DNA of 55,926 nt from an uncultured SAR86 cluster bacterium (GTDB taxonomy: Bacteria > Pseudomonadota > Gammaproteobacteria > Magnimaribacterales > AG-339-G14). The stretch covers positions 1 through 55,926 of the forward strand of contig CABXSA010000004.1 of the NCBI GenBank assembly GCA_902514765.1. The letters are read 5' to 3'. The position numbers were made by a program, and so were the translations under genes. The first letter of the stretch is position 1. Each line of letters opens with the position of its first letter. The notes beneath the pieces were generated by a model. It saw only the letters and a list, made by a program, of their open reading frames with translations, was not told the DNA's origin and ran no database searches. Positions 26,406 through 36,313 of this stretch are shown in pieces.

Positions 26406-27932
26406 GTGAATTTTTCTAAATTTTTCGCTGGGTTTTTTTTAGGCTCTTTTTTTGTCTTAGCTTTTCAGCCCTTTAATTATTGGTTTATTACTTTTCTCAT
26501 CCCAGGTCTTTTATATCATCTGATTAAGGGTGAAAGCATAAAAGGCACTTTTTTTATTTCCTACTTCTTTGGTTTTGGCCTTTGGGCATTTGGGATATTC
26601 TGGATCGAAAATAGCATTACCGTCTACGGAGGTGCTTCACCAATATTGGGAAGTTTTCTAACATTGTTGCTAGCAGCTTTTTTAAGCTTGTTTCAGGCTG
26701 TCAGTTTTACCATATTTAAACTTCTTACTGGCCAAAGAAAAACTTATGAAATATTCCTTCTTTTCCCAGCTACTTGGGTATTGAGCGAATGGTTGAGAGA
26801 ATTTCTATTTACTGGTTTTCCATGGTTATACGTGGGTTATACCGCTGTAGATAACGTCTTGTTACAGGGTTACATTCCGGTCCTTGGAATTTTTGGTGTG
26901 GGTTTTCTCATTGTTTTAATCTCTCAAATATTTCTTTCTTTGCTAGGCAACTTAAGAGACTTAACTCAAAGAAAATCTTTGTATTTATCTTTCTTAGTAC
27001 TAATAATCATTTTTTTCGGTAATCAACCGCTTGAAAATATCAATTGGACTAATTCAACTGGAAAAATCTCTGCAATAGTTGTTCAACCTAATATTGATGT
27101 CAAAGAAAAATGGACACAAAAAGGATTACAAAAAATTAAAAGCGCAATTGAAAAACAATTAAGTAAAAATCCAGTACAAAGTCTCACTCAATCCTCTGTC
27201 ATATTTTGGCCTGAGGTAGCCATTACTTCATTGATTCAAAAAAATAGAATCGATGAATTCAGAAATAATATTCTTAATGAAAATAATATGCTTGGAATGG
27301 TCGTAGGAGTTTTGTCAGTAACCTCTTCAGAAGAGATAAATAATTCACTAATTGGAATGGGCAATATCTCAGGCATCTACGACAAAAAGTTTTTAGTCCC
27401 ATTTGGAGAATACGTTCCACTTGCAGGATTTTTCAGTGTATTTTTTGATTTTTTTAACTTCAACAGACCGCAAATAATTCCAGGCAGCAAGAACGATTTC
27501 ATTGGAAATAATTTAATTAAAATATCTTCAGCGATTTGTTATGAAATTGCCTATCAAAATGTTTTTTTATCTAATAGTAAAAATACCAACCTCTTGTTTA
27601 ATGCCAGTAACGACAATTGGTTTGGAACTGGCCTAGGACCACATCAACATTTGCAGATCGCAAGGTTTAGAGCAGCTGAGAATCAAAAATATTTGGTTAG
27701 GTCGACTTCAACTGGTTTCAGTGCTCTTATAAATCATCGAGGGCAGATCATCAATAAAATTAAAATTTCTATGAATGGAACTGACTTACAAAGCTTTCAG
27801 GAAGAAGTTATCCTCAAATCAGGTCAAACTCCTTATGCAAATCTTGGAAAAAACCCCTTCTTATTCATATTGGTTATTATCTTTTTTATACCTGCGATAT
27901 TAAAATTTAGAAAGAATGAAAACTTTGTTTAA
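26406..27932 (+). CDS. lnt: Apolipoprotein N-acyltransferase
   Basis: Multiple TM helices; TGFPW, WPE, KFLVPFGEYVP, ICYE, SNDNWF motifs. Confidence 0.96.
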   Translation: MNFSKFFAGFFLGSFFVLAFQPFNYWFITFLIPGLLYHLIKGESIKGTFFISYFFGFGLWAFGIFWIENSITVYGGASPILGSFLTLLLAAFLSLFQAVSFTIFKLLTGQRKTYEIFLLFPATWVLSEWLREFLFTGFPWLYVGYTAVDNVLLQGYIPVLGIFGVGFLIVLISQIFLSLLGNLRDLTQRKSLYLSFLVLIIIFFGNQPLENINWTNSTGKISAIVVQPNIDVKEKWTQKGLQKIKSAIEKQLSKNPVQSLTQSSVIFWPEVAITSLIQKNRIDEFRNNILNENNMLGMVVGVLSVTSSEEINNSLIGMGNISGIYDKKFLVPFGEYVPLAGFFSVFFDFFNFNRPQIIPGSKNDFIGNNLIKISSAICYEIAYQNVFLSNSKNTNLLFNASNDNWFGTGLGPHQHLQIARFRAAENQKYLVRSTSTGFSALINHRGQIINKIKISMNGTDLQSFQEEVILKSGQTPYANLGKNPFLFILVIIFFIPAILKFRKNENFV

Positions 27933-28524
27933 ATATTTAATTTTTATGATTTTTAGTTCTGCCTTTTTTTATGGTTGTAGCTCAGTACCTCTGGATTATT
28001 CATCTTATGAAAATATTAATTATCAAGAGTTTGGTGAAATGAATAAAAACCGAACTCACGTTTTGATAAATTTAACTAAACAAGAACTTACAATAAAAAC
28101 TCCATATTCAAGTAAAACCTACCCCATTTCATCCTCTGCTTATGGGATTGGAAGTGTTCGAGATAGTTTAAAAACCCCTCTCGGCGCACATGTTATTTCT
28201 GAAAAAATCGGTAAAGGAGCAAAAATAGGTTCTGTCTTCAAGGCTAGAAAATTCACTGGAAAAGTGGTTGCGCCAATTACAGAAAAAATAGATATCAAAG
28301 AAGATGTCATCACTACCAGAATTCTATGGTTGGATGGTTTGGAAATTGGAAAAAACAAAGGAGGAAATGTAGATTCAAAAAGTCGATATATTTACATTCA
28401 TGGTACTGCCGAAGAAGGTCTAATTGGTGAGCCTGCCAGCTTGGGATGCATCAGAATGAGGAATACAGACGTTATAAAGTTATTCAATAGAGTAAGAAAA
28501 GGTACACAGGTATTGATTTACTGA
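27916..28524 (+). CDS. L,D-transpeptidase (YkuD family) lipoprotein
   Basis: Lipobox-like FYGC; KTPLG; IHGT...ASLGCIRM catalytic motif. Confidence 0.85.
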   Translation: MKTLFKYLIFMIFSSAFFYGCSSVPLDYSSYENINYQEFGEMNKNRTHVLINLTKQELTIKTPYSSKTYPISSSAYGIGSVRDSLKTPLGAHVISEKIGKGAKIGSVFKARKFTGKVVAPITEKIDIKEDVITTRILWLDGLEIGKNKGGNVDSKSRYIYIHGTAEEGLIGEPASLGCIRMRNTDVIKLFNRVRKGTQVLIY

Positions 28525-28547
28525 ACTTTATTATTTAATTTAACAAT

Positions 28548-29144
28548 ATGAGATTTGCTTTAATTTTATTTTCCTTCTTTATCGTCAGTTGTTCTCAAGG
28601 AAATGCCGAAACGGATAATTTTAATGCAATGAACTTTCAACTTGATCTAAACAAAATCCCTGTAGAAGGTTGTCCTGCGATTCTAAATCACAACATCCGC
28701 GTTCTTGATTCAAAAGAAATTATCAATTTATGCGAACACAAAGACAAAGTAGTACTTGCTGTAAATGTTGCAAGTCGATGTGGCTTCACCTATCAATATG
28801 AAGCTTTGCAAACATTATTTGAAAACTTCCAAGGAAAAGATTTTGTGATTTTAGGTTTTCCTTCCAGAGACTTTATGTTTCAGGAATATAATGATGAAGG
28901 TCAAGTAAAAGAGTTTTGTAGTTCTAAGTACGGTGTCACTTTTCCAATGTTCGCTACATCAAGTGTTAAAGGAAAAAAGGCCAACAGCTTCTATCAAAAC
29001 CTTGCAATGATTACTGGAAAATCCCCTGATTGGAATTTCACTAAGTATTTGATCTCTAAAGATGGTGAAGTTTTAAAACCTTTCTCCAAGAATATAGAGC
29101 CCGATAGCGAAGAAATAATTTCTGCAATCGAATCACTGCTCTAA
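28548..29144 (+). CDS. Glutathione peroxidase family protein with lipoprotein signal
   Basis: IVSC lipobox; NVASRCGFT, LGFPS, WNFTKYL motifs. Confidence 0.9.
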   Translation: MRFALILFSFFIVSCSQGNAETDNFNAMNFQLDLNKIPVEGCPAILNHNIRVLDSKEIINLCEHKDKVVLAVNVASRCGFTYQYEALQTLFENFQGKDFVILGFPSRDFMFQEYNDEGQVKEFCSSKYGVTFPMFATSSVKGKKANSFYQNLAMITGKSPDWNFTKYLISKDGEVLKPFSKNIEPDSEEIISAIESLL

Positions 29145-29810
29145 AACTTCCGGAACTCCATTTTTATCTATAACTAAACAATCTGCCTTTCTTGCAGCAA
29201 ATATACCGTTGGCTACAACTCCAGGAATGTTATTGATTTCGTTTTCAATGTCATAAGGTACCTTAAGTTTTAAGTTACGGACATCTATTATTTGATTACC
29301 GTTATCAGACACAAATCCTACTCTATATTCTGGAGTTCCTCCTCTTACTACCATCTGTCGTGCGACATAACTTCTTGCCATTGGAATAACTTCAATAGCA
29401 ACCGGAAATTTTCCAAGCAGTTTTACTTTTTTAGATGAATCGCAAATGCAGATGAATTTTCTAGATGCTGATGCAATAATCTTTTCTCGTGTCAATGCTC
29501 CGCCACCACCTTTGATCATTTCAAAACGATCATTGATTTCATCAGCACCATCGATATAAAAATCAGGTGAGCCAACGTCATTTAACTCGGACACTTCCAA
29601 ACCTGCCTCTTCCAATAATTTCGTACTTGCAACTGAACTGGATACGATAGCTTTGATTTCAGGTTTTTTAATGATCAATTCTCGGATAAAAAAATTAGTA
29701 GTACTTCCTGTACCAATGCCCAAAATACAATCCTTATGAAGCTTTGTGGCCAGATACTCATAGGCTTTGCTCGCAACAGCTTGTTTGATTTTTGAGTTAG
29801 AATTTTCCAT
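29133..29810 (-). CDS. rpiA: Ribose-5-phosphate isomerase A
   Basis: GIGTGST, DGADE, KGGGGALTREK motifs. Confidence 0.97.
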   Translation of the reverse strand: MENSNSKIKQAVASKAYEYLATKLHKDCILGIGTGSTTNFFIRELIIKKPEIKAIVSSSVASTKLLEEAGLEVSELNDVGSPDFYIDGADEINDRFEMIKGGGGALTREKIIASASRKFICICDSSKKVKLLGKFPVAIEVIPMARSYVARQMVVRGGTPEYRVGFVSDNGNQIIDVRNLKLKVPYDIENEINNIPGVVANGIFAARKADCLVIDKNGVPEVLEQ

Positions 29811-29864
29811 GTCTATGGCTTATAAGAGAACTCTACGTATAATACCTCGCTTTCCAGAATTTTT

Positions 29865-31397
29865 ATGAAAAAAGTAATCAAAAATTACATAGAAAAAATA
29901 GAGAACTCTAAAGTTTATGAGGTTGCTAGTATTTCACCTCTAACTAAGGCTGATAATTTATCAAAAGAACTGGCAAATAGTATTTTCTTAAAAAGAGAAG
30001 ACTTGCAGCCTACCCACTCTTTTAAAATCAGGGGTGCTTACAACAAGATTGCTCACCTTTATCAATCCAAAAAGATTACTGAGGTGGCAACAGCATCTGC
30101 GGGAAATCATGCCCAAGGAGTAGCTTATTCGGCAAAAGAGCTAGGCATCAAGGCTACTATCTTCATGCCAAAGACCACGCCTTTTATCAAAGTAAACGCA
30201 GTGAGAGATTTGAAAGCTAAAGTAGTTTTGGTTGGTAATAACTTTGATGATGCGCTTAAAGAATCAAAAACATTCTGTAAAAAAAATAAAGTAAATTTCA
30301 TCCATCCATTTGATGATCCATTAGTAATTGCAGGACAAGGTACGGTTGGCATGGAAATCTCAGAACAATTTCCTGAAAATCTTTATGCTGTGTTCGTTGC
30401 CGTTGGTGGTGGTGGTTTGATTGCTGGAATTGGAGCTTACTTAAATAAGGTTCATCCTAATGTAAAAATAATAGGTGTTGAAGCAGCGGATTCAGCAGGA
30501 TTACATGCCTCTGTGAAGGCAGGTAAAAGAATTAAACTCAAAGAAGTTGGATTGTTTGCTGATGGAGCTGCGGCAAAACAAATTGGAAAAAATAACTACG
30601 AACTTATAAAAAATTTCTTAGATGATTCAATAACCGTTGATACCGATGAAATTTGTGCTGCTGTAAAAGATACTTTCTTGGAAACTAGGACCGTTCCTGA
30701 GCCAACTGGAGCATTAGCACTTGCAGGATTAAAAAAATACATAGGCCAAAAAAGGATTAAGAATAAAAATCTTATCGCAACTTATTGCGGCTCAAATCTG
30801 AATTTTGAGTCTTTGGGACATATTGTTGAAAGATCCAAAATTGGAGAAAAAAAGGAAATTATTTTAAGTATCGCTATAGACGAAAAAAAGGGTTCGTTTA
30901 GAAAACTTTGCAGAGACATCGGCCAAAAAAATATCACCGAGTTTAGTTATAGAAAAGATGGTAGTTCTAAAGCAAAAATTCTTTTGGGATTGGAACTTCA
31001 AGATTCAAAAAAAAGCAAAGATAATTTTTTAAAAGCCTTAAGAAATAAAAAGTACTCTTTTACAGATTTAAGCAACGATGAAATCTCTAAAAAACATCTT
31101 AAATTCATGCATGGTGGTAGAGGACCCCAACTAGAATGTGAATTCGTAGAAGAAGTTTACAGTGTAGATTTCCCTGAAAAACCAGGTGCTCTTCTCAATT
31201 TTTTAACTTTGCTTAAAGACAAATGGGATATCTCCCTTTTTCATTATAAAAATCAAGGTGCAATCTATGGTGGTGCTTTAGTAGGTTTTACAATAAGACA
31301 GAAGCAAGTAAAAAGTCTGGAAAGAGATCTACTAAGGATTACCTATCCTTTTACCAGAGAGACTGAAAACCTAGGTTACCAAGCTTTTTTAAAGTAA
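29865..31397 (+). CDS. ilvA: Biosynthetic threonine ammonia-lyase
   Basis: KREDLQPTHSFKIRGA, SAGNHAQG motifs; two C-terminal regulatory domains. Confidence 0.96.
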   Translation: MKKVIKNYIEKIENSKVYEVASISPLTKADNLSKELANSIFLKREDLQPTHSFKIRGAYNKIAHLYQSKKITEVATASAGNHAQGVAYSAKELGIKATIFMPKTTPFIKVNAVRDLKAKVVLVGNNFDDALKESKTFCKKNKVNFIHPFDDPLVIAGQGTVGMEISEQFPENLYAVFVAVGGGGLIAGIGAYLNKVHPNVKIIGVEAADSAGLHASVKAGKRIKLKEVGLFADGAAAKQIGKNNYELIKNFLDDSITVDTDEICAAVKDTFLETRTVPEPTGALALAGLKKYIGQKRIKNKNLIATYCGSNLNFESLGHIVERSKIGEKKEIILSIAIDEKKGSFRKLCRDIGQKNITEFSYRKDGSSKAKILLGLELQDSKKSKDNFLKALRNKKYSFTDLSNDEISKKHLKFMHGGRGPQLECEFVEEVYSVDFPEKPGALLNFLTLLKDKWDISLFHYKNQGAIYGGALVGFTIRQKQVKSLERDLLRITYPFTRETENLGYQAFLK

Positions 31398-31940
31398 TTG
31401 CTTATCTGTAAAAACTACATCTAACTTCAAGTCAAAATCTTCAAGTATTAATTTTTTCATGAATTGAAACTCATAAGCCAAGCCAATAAATTCTGGTTCG
31501 GTGACTCCTGAAAAAGTTTTATCATAGAAACCTCCTCCGAATCCCAATCTTTGAAAGTTCTCATTGAAAGCGCGTAAAGGAACAATAACCGCATTTAATT
31601 TCTCGAGCTCAATGGTTTCCTCACTCATGGGTTCAAGGATATTTAAAGAATTTTTTCTAAATTTGGTTTTTTTGTTACAAAGTACAAATTCCAATTTATT
31701 GCTCTTGGAATTGATTTTTGGTAGGTAAAAATGATTATTGGAATCTGTTAGAAATTTATTTATTTTCTCAGTTGAAACTTCATGAGGAAGAGACATATAA
31801 CTTGCAATGTGTGAAAAATTTTTTTTCTCCAAATGATCTTTTATAAAATCTAAGTGGACTTTTTCTTGGTAACTTTTAGAGGAGGCAGTCAAGCTTTTGA
31901 AGCCTTTTGAAATTATTTCTCTTGCTTCAGTTTTATTCAT
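31389..31940 (-). CDS. fau: 5-formyltetrahydrofolate cyclo-ligase
   Basis: RLGFGGGFYD motif; downstream of 6S RNA as in the ssrS-ygfA arrangement. Confidence 0.92.
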   Translation of the reverse strand: MNKTEAREIISKGFKSLTASSKSYQEKVHLDFIKDHLEKKNFSHIASYMSLPHEVSTEKINKFLTDSNNHFYLPKINSKSNKLEFVLCNKKTKFRKNSLNILEPMSEETIELEKLNAVIVPLRAFNENFQRLGFGGGFYDKTFSGVTEPEFIGLAYEFQFMKKLILEDFDLKLDVVFTDKQLL

Positions 31941-31948
31941 ATTTAAGA

Positions 31949-32122
31949 GAGCTTCCCAAGTTATCGCCGTTAAATAAAACCCGAACCGTATAGTTCAGGT
32001 CGGGAAGAATCACCCTCTATCAGGCTGCCCTAAGGGCGCTCAACAAGAGAAGTATCAAATTCCCTATTTATTTTGCATCGGCTCGAAGTGTTATATAACT
32101 AGCAAATAAGCCAGGAAGCATT
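31949..32122 (-). ncRNA. ssrS: 6S RNA
   Basis: About 175-nt non-coding gap between zapA and fau; closing stem GCTTCCTGG/TTGGGAAGC; 6S-like motifs TCGAGCCGA and CCTGAAC...GGTTC; own extended -10. Confidence 0.92.
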
Positions 32123-32126
32123 GAAA

Positions 32127-32135
32127 ATTATAGCA
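32127..32135 (-). promoter_or_regulatory. Extended -10 promoter of 6S RNA
   Basis: Minus strand TGCTATAAT just upstream of the 6S 5' stem. Confidence 0.75.
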
Positions 32136-32140
32136 ATATT

Positions 32141-32509
32141 TTAAAGCTTAGATAATTCAGAAATCTCGTCTACTAACTTAAGACTTAAATTTTCTTCTTC
32201 AGATGAATCGACTTTTTCTTCTGAAACATTTGCGGTTGATTTTTCATCTGTAGCTGCAGATGATTCATCATTAACCTCGGTTGATGAAGCTCCTTCGTTT
32301 GAGAGGAATTCATTCACTACGTCAAGGCCTGCTAATACGGCAACTTTTTCAATTGGAAGATTTCTTGTTTTGCGTTTGATGGATTTGATTCGCTTATCCA
32401 AGATTTCACCTGCTTCGATCAAGGTGGATTGTTCCTCGGGAGGACAATATAACTGATACTCGATGCCTGCTATTTTAAGGGTAACTATGTCTTGATCGTC
32501 TTCACTCAT
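32141..32509 (-). CDS. zapA: Cell division protein ZapA with acidic tail
   Basis: VTLKIAGIEYQLYCP...EKVAVLAGL; canonical position upstream of ssrS. Confidence 0.85.
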   Translation of the reverse strand: MSEDDQDIVTLKIAGIEYQLYCPPEEQSTLIEAGEILDKRIKSIKRKTRNLPIEKVAVLAGLDVVNEFLSNEGASSTEVNDESSAATDEKSTANVSEEKVDSSEEENLSLKLVDEISELSKL

Positions 32510-32694
32510 AAGGCTTCTAATTTTGAAATCAATATTTCCAACTTATTTCTTGATAATTCTATATTATCTTTTAGACGATTATTCTCTTTTTTAAGTCTTA
32601 AATTTTTGTTTCTTAAATCTTTATTTGCCTCTCTAAGTTTTTTAGAAAGTTCTAAAAGTTCCTTTAAATTTTTCTCTAATTCCTTCTGCGACAC
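32506..32694 (-). CDS. ZapB-like / TIGR02449-type coiled-coil protein
   Basis: 62-aa heptad coiled coil ending LISKLEAL, overlapping the zapA start. Confidence 0.75.
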   Translation of the reverse strand: MSQKELEKNLKELLELSKKLREANKDLRNKNLRLKKENNRLKDNIELSRNKLEILISKLEAL

Positions 32695-32761
32695 AGATAT
32701 TATTTTATTCTTATATCAATAACGTTTCTATAAAGACTTTATATTGAAGTAAAATCAACTT

Positions 32762-34042
32762 ATGGACATTTTTCTAGAAAGAAGAAAAAAATTAGCTGAT
32801 CTGTTGCCTGATGGATCGGTGGCGATCATTCATTCAGCCAATCAAAAAATCAGAAATGGTGATACTGACTATTCTTTCAGACAAGATAGCGATTTTTTGT
32901 ACTTAACTAACTTTAATGAAGCCGATGCTGCATTAGTTATTGAAAAAAAAGGGAGTACGATTTTTCATCTCCTCTGTGCGGAAAAAGATGAAGTAAGAGA
33001 AAAATGGGAGGGACCTCGATTGGGTCCTAAAAATGTGTCTCAACTGGGTTTTGAAAGCGGTTTTAAAATAGATGATCTTATTTTAAAAACCACTGAATTT
33101 CTCGAAGGTGCAGACCATTTATTTTGTCAAAACAAAAGTCAAAAAAAATTATTCTTTGCATTAACCAAAAGGCTAAAAGGCAAAAAGATAAACTTTGATC
33201 TAAATCCAAAAAATATTAAAAGTGTTGATTCTTTAATACACGAATTAAGACTTTTAAAATCTAAAGAAGAAGTCAGTATTATTCAAAAAGCATGTGATAT
33301 CTCATCTTCTGCTCATGAAAGAGCAATGAAAGCTGTAAAACCAGAAATGTACGAATATCAACTTGAAGCAGAATACCTTCATGAATTTATGTTCAATGGT
33401 GCAAAGGAGTGTGCCTATCCTTCTATCGTAGGAGGAGGAGAAAATGCATGCATTCTTCATTACAGCAAGAATACAGATTTGCTTAAAGACGGTGATTTGG
33501 TTCTGGTCGATGCAGGCTGCGAATATAGAGGCTACGCGAGCGATATCACCAGAACTTTTCCTGTTAATGGAAAATTTTCGTCAGAACAAAAACTTATCTA
33601 CGAGATCGTTTTGGAATCTCAAAAACAATCTATTGAAAGCATTTCAGAAAAATCCAATCCTCTTGAGACGCATAAAAAATCTTTAGAAGTCATTGTTGAA
33701 GGACTATTAAGCTTGGGTTTATTAAAGGGCTCTAAAGAAGAAGTCATTGAAACTCAATCTTATTCAAAATTTTACATGCACCGCGTTGGTCATTGGTTAG
33801 GTCTTGATGTGCACGATGTCGGTGGCTATGAAAAAGATGGCAAGGTAAGGTCTTATGAAAATGGGATGATTACCACTATCGAACCAGGAATCTACATCAG
33901 CAAAGAAGAAAACGTTCCAGAAAAATTTAAAGGAATTGGAATTCGAATCGAAGATGATGTGTTAGTTGAAAACAATCAGCCAAAAGTTCTTAGTTCAGCC
34001 ATTAAAGAGCTTGATGACATTCAACAACTGATGGCGAGTTAA
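32762..34042 (+). CDS. pepP: Xaa-Pro aminopeptidase
   Basis: FRQDSDFLYLT, DAG...SDITRT, GHWLGLDVHD, TIEPG, RIEDD motifs. Confidence 0.96.
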   Translation: MDIFLERRKKLADLLPDGSVAIIHSANQKIRNGDTDYSFRQDSDFLYLTNFNEADAALVIEKKGSTIFHLLCAEKDEVREKWEGPRLGPKNVSQLGFESGFKIDDLILKTTEFLEGADHLFCQNKSQKKLFFALTKRLKGKKINFDLNPKNIKSVDSLIHELRLLKSKEEVSIIQKACDISSSAHERAMKAVKPEMYEYQLEAEYLHEFMFNGAKECAYPSIVGGGENACILHYSKNTDLLKDGDLVLVDAGCEYRGYASDITRTFPVNGKFSSEQKLIYEIVLESQKQSIESISEKSNPLETHKKSLEVIVEGLLSLGLLKGSKEEVIETQSYSKFYMHRVGHWLGLDVHDVGGYEKDGKVRSYENGMITTIEPGIYISKEENVPEKFKGIGIRIEDDVLVENNQPKVLSSAIKELDDIQQLMAS

Positions 34043-35175
34043 TGAAATATGATGTCCTCATTGTTGGTGCTGGCGTAACTGGTGCCCTCCTTTTTCTTGC
34101 ATTGAAGAATAAAAATATAAATGTCGGACTGATAGATGGTCGAGAAAAGGCGCCCAACAGTTACCGCCATCTATCATTGAATAACAAAAGTGTGACATTT
34201 CTTAAGGAGTTGAATGCATGGAATGAAATCAGTAAAAATGCTTTTGAATACAATCAGATAAAGGTTTGGGATCAAGAAGGCACTGGGTTCATAGATTTCA
34301 ATGTGAATGAATTGGAAAAAAATATTCAGAATATTGGCTTCATAGTCAAAGAAGGAGATATTCAAAATTCTCTGTTATCTCTCGTTTCCGATTCAAAAAA
34401 TCTTTTGTGGAGTTGTAATTTAGAAAAAATAGAAAAAATTAATAGAGATATTCATTGCGAAACATCAAAGGGAAAATTGGAGACAAAAATTTTAATAGGT
34501 GCTGACGGCATTCAATCAAGTGTAAGAAATCTTTCTTCGATTGCTTCAAGAACTTGGAGTTACAATCAGACGGCAATAGTTGCCAACTTTTCTGTGCTTC
34601 AAACAGCCCCATGCATAAGACAAACTTTCACCTCGGTGGGACCGCTTGCTTTGCTCCCAATGAATGAGACTGAACTTACCATGATATGGTCCATTGACGA
34701 TACCAAGGCCTATGATTACTTAGGCATGAATGAAGATGACTTTATAAATGAAATTCATCAATCTTTTGGGGAAAAACTTCCAGAAATAAAATTCTCAGCC
34801 AAAAGACAGTCATTTCCCCTAAAACACCTCTCTGCAAAAACTTTTGCCAGAGGTAATGTTTTTCTTGTGGGAGATGCTGCGCACCACATTCATCCATTAG
34901 CAGGATTAGGATTAAACGCAGGAATCGGTGATGTGAAATCTCTATCGGATTTAATTACTCTTGAAAGTTTGCTACAAGTTAAACAAATTGAAGATAAATA
35001 CAATCGACAAAGAATTCCAATCAATTTAGCCCTAGCAGCTGCTATGGAAGCTTTCAAAAGAGGTTTCGAGCAAAAAAATATCTGGATAAGACTCATTAGA
35101 AATCATGCCTTTAGTCTTACCAATAAACTAACTTTTCTAAAAAATAAATTTATAAAGCTTGCTACTGAGCTTTAA
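34042..35175 (+). CDS. UbiH/UbiI/UbiF-family FAD-dependent hydroxylase
   Basis: GAGVTG, GADG, YNQTAIV, GDAAHHIHPLAGLGLNAG motifs; follows pepP. Confidence 0.9.
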   Translation: MKYDVLIVGAGVTGALLFLALKNKNINVGLIDGREKAPNSYRHLSLNNKSVTFLKELNAWNEISKNAFEYNQIKVWDQEGTGFIDFNVNELEKNIQNIGFIVKEGDIQNSLLSLVSDSKNLLWSCNLEKIEKINRDIHCETSKGKLETKILIGADGIQSSVRNLSSIASRTWSYNQTAIVANFSVLQTAPCIRQTFTSVGPLALLPMNETELTMIWSIDDTKAYDYLGMNEDDFINEIHQSFGEKLPEIKFSAKRQSFPLKHLSAKTFARGNVFLVGDAAHHIHPLAGLGLNAGIGDVKSLSDLITLESLLQVKQIEDKYNRQRIPINLALAAAMEAFKRGFEQKNIWIRLIRNHAFSLTNKLTFLKNKFIKLATEL

Positions 35176-35185
35176 AATTTTAAGT

Positions 35186-36244
35186 CTATTTTTTCCAATA
35201 GCCAGTTATGTGCATTTGTTCTTTTGCGACACCCTCATTTTTGAAGAATTTTCTAATTTTCATCATCTGTCTAGCCTCGCCTGCTCCAAAAATATAAAAA
35301 TCATTTTTTGGAAGCTCATAAACTTTCAAACTGTCTAATAATTTCTCTCCTTCGCCGGGCTCATCGCCTTCTCGATAAATCCAATTTTCTAAAATATTAT
35401 TTTCTCCTTTAGTTGGTATTTGGCAGCTTTCATCAATAACTTCATAAAAAGTTGTACATTTGGAAAAGTTTTTATTGTTTTCACTAATGACTTTCATTGC
35501 AGGTATCCCTGTTTCATCTGCTATTAAAATCAAATGACTAAATTTTTTTGATGGACTAAACATTGACCTTGGGCCCCACAGAATCGCCTGATCACCCGTC
35601 TTAGCTTTTTCAGCCCAATTGCCTAAATTTCCTGAATGACTGTGTAAGACAAACCACATTTTTATTTCATCTTCTCTAAAGTTTCTGATGGTGTAATAAG
35701 CACCAGCAGTGATTTTTATTTCGTCAGATATCTGTTTTCTATAATTTTCCATTGAGTAATCTCTATCTAAATTGGTCTTGTTCTTATCTAAAGGAACGAT
35801 AACAAATAAAAAATCATCACCATTTTGGGTTTCTAGTTTTGTGAAATCTCCTTTAAATACTATTTCTTTGATATTTTTGGAGATGATTTTTGTTTCACTA
35901 ACCTCAGAATAGAAAGATATCGAATGCAAAGAATTTTCAATATCTTTTTCAATATTTGTTTTTGGAAAATCAGACCCTAATCTTTCCCTCGCTTGGTAGA
36001 TGAGACCAATAAAAAAATTTTTTAACTCATCATTTGTGTTTGAATTTAAATCAAAATCTAAATCTAAATACCCTTCCACATTGTTGTTCATTATTTTTAG
36101 ATTTAATTGGTTTTTTTCAGAGACAATTATTTCTGCAGAAGAGTTCTGATTGTTTGATAAATAATCAGCTACCATTAGAACAGCGTCACTATGATTACTG
36201 TTATAGGTATCAATAAAGAGTGTTATTTCCTTAGAATCTTTCAT
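35186..36244 (-). CDS. Siderophore-interacting protein (ViuB/YqjH type) with N-terminal DUF2470-like domain
   Basis: YYTIR, FVLH, GPR, ADETGIPA, AGE and terminal GYWK; extra about 100-aa N-terminus containing YNSNHSDA. Confidence 0.82.
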   Translation of the reverse strand: MKDSKEITLFIDTYNSNHSDAVLMVADYLSNNQNSSAEIIVSEKNQLNLKIMNNNVEGYLDLDFDLNSNTNDELKNFFIGLIYQARERLGSDFPKTNIEKDIENSLHSISFYSEVSETKIISKNIKEIVFKGDFTKLETQNGDDFLFVIVPLDKNKTNLDRDYSMENYRKQISDEIKITAGAYYTIRNFREDEIKMWFVLHSHSGNLGNWAEKAKTGDQAILWGPRSMFSPSKKFSHLILIADETGIPAMKVISENNKNFSKCTTFYEVIDESCQIPTKGENNILENWIYREGDEPGEGEKLLDSLKVYELPKNDFYIFGAGEARQMMKIRKFFKNEGVAKEQMHITGYWKK

Positions 36245-36273
36245 CAGCAATTAAATAAAATTTATTGAAACAT

Positions 36274-36294
36274 AAATGATAATCATTATCATTT
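36274..36294. promoter_or_regulatory. Fur box shared by the divergent SIP and DUF6607-like genes
   Basis: Perfect 10-1-10 palindrome AAATGATAAT-C-ATTATCATTT; overlaps a plus-strand TTGAAA-16-TATCAT promoter. Confidence 0.93.
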
Positions 36295-36313
36295 GATTGT
36301 TAATTTAATTATT

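Noticed and set aside
28780-28782. Possible selenocysteine in the glutathione peroxidase
   Set aside because: The active-site codon is TGT (Cys) and the frame is open.
31941-32140. GC-richer structured 200-bp gap as a novel RNA
   Set aside because: Explained as 6S RNA in the canonical zapA-ssrS-fau context.
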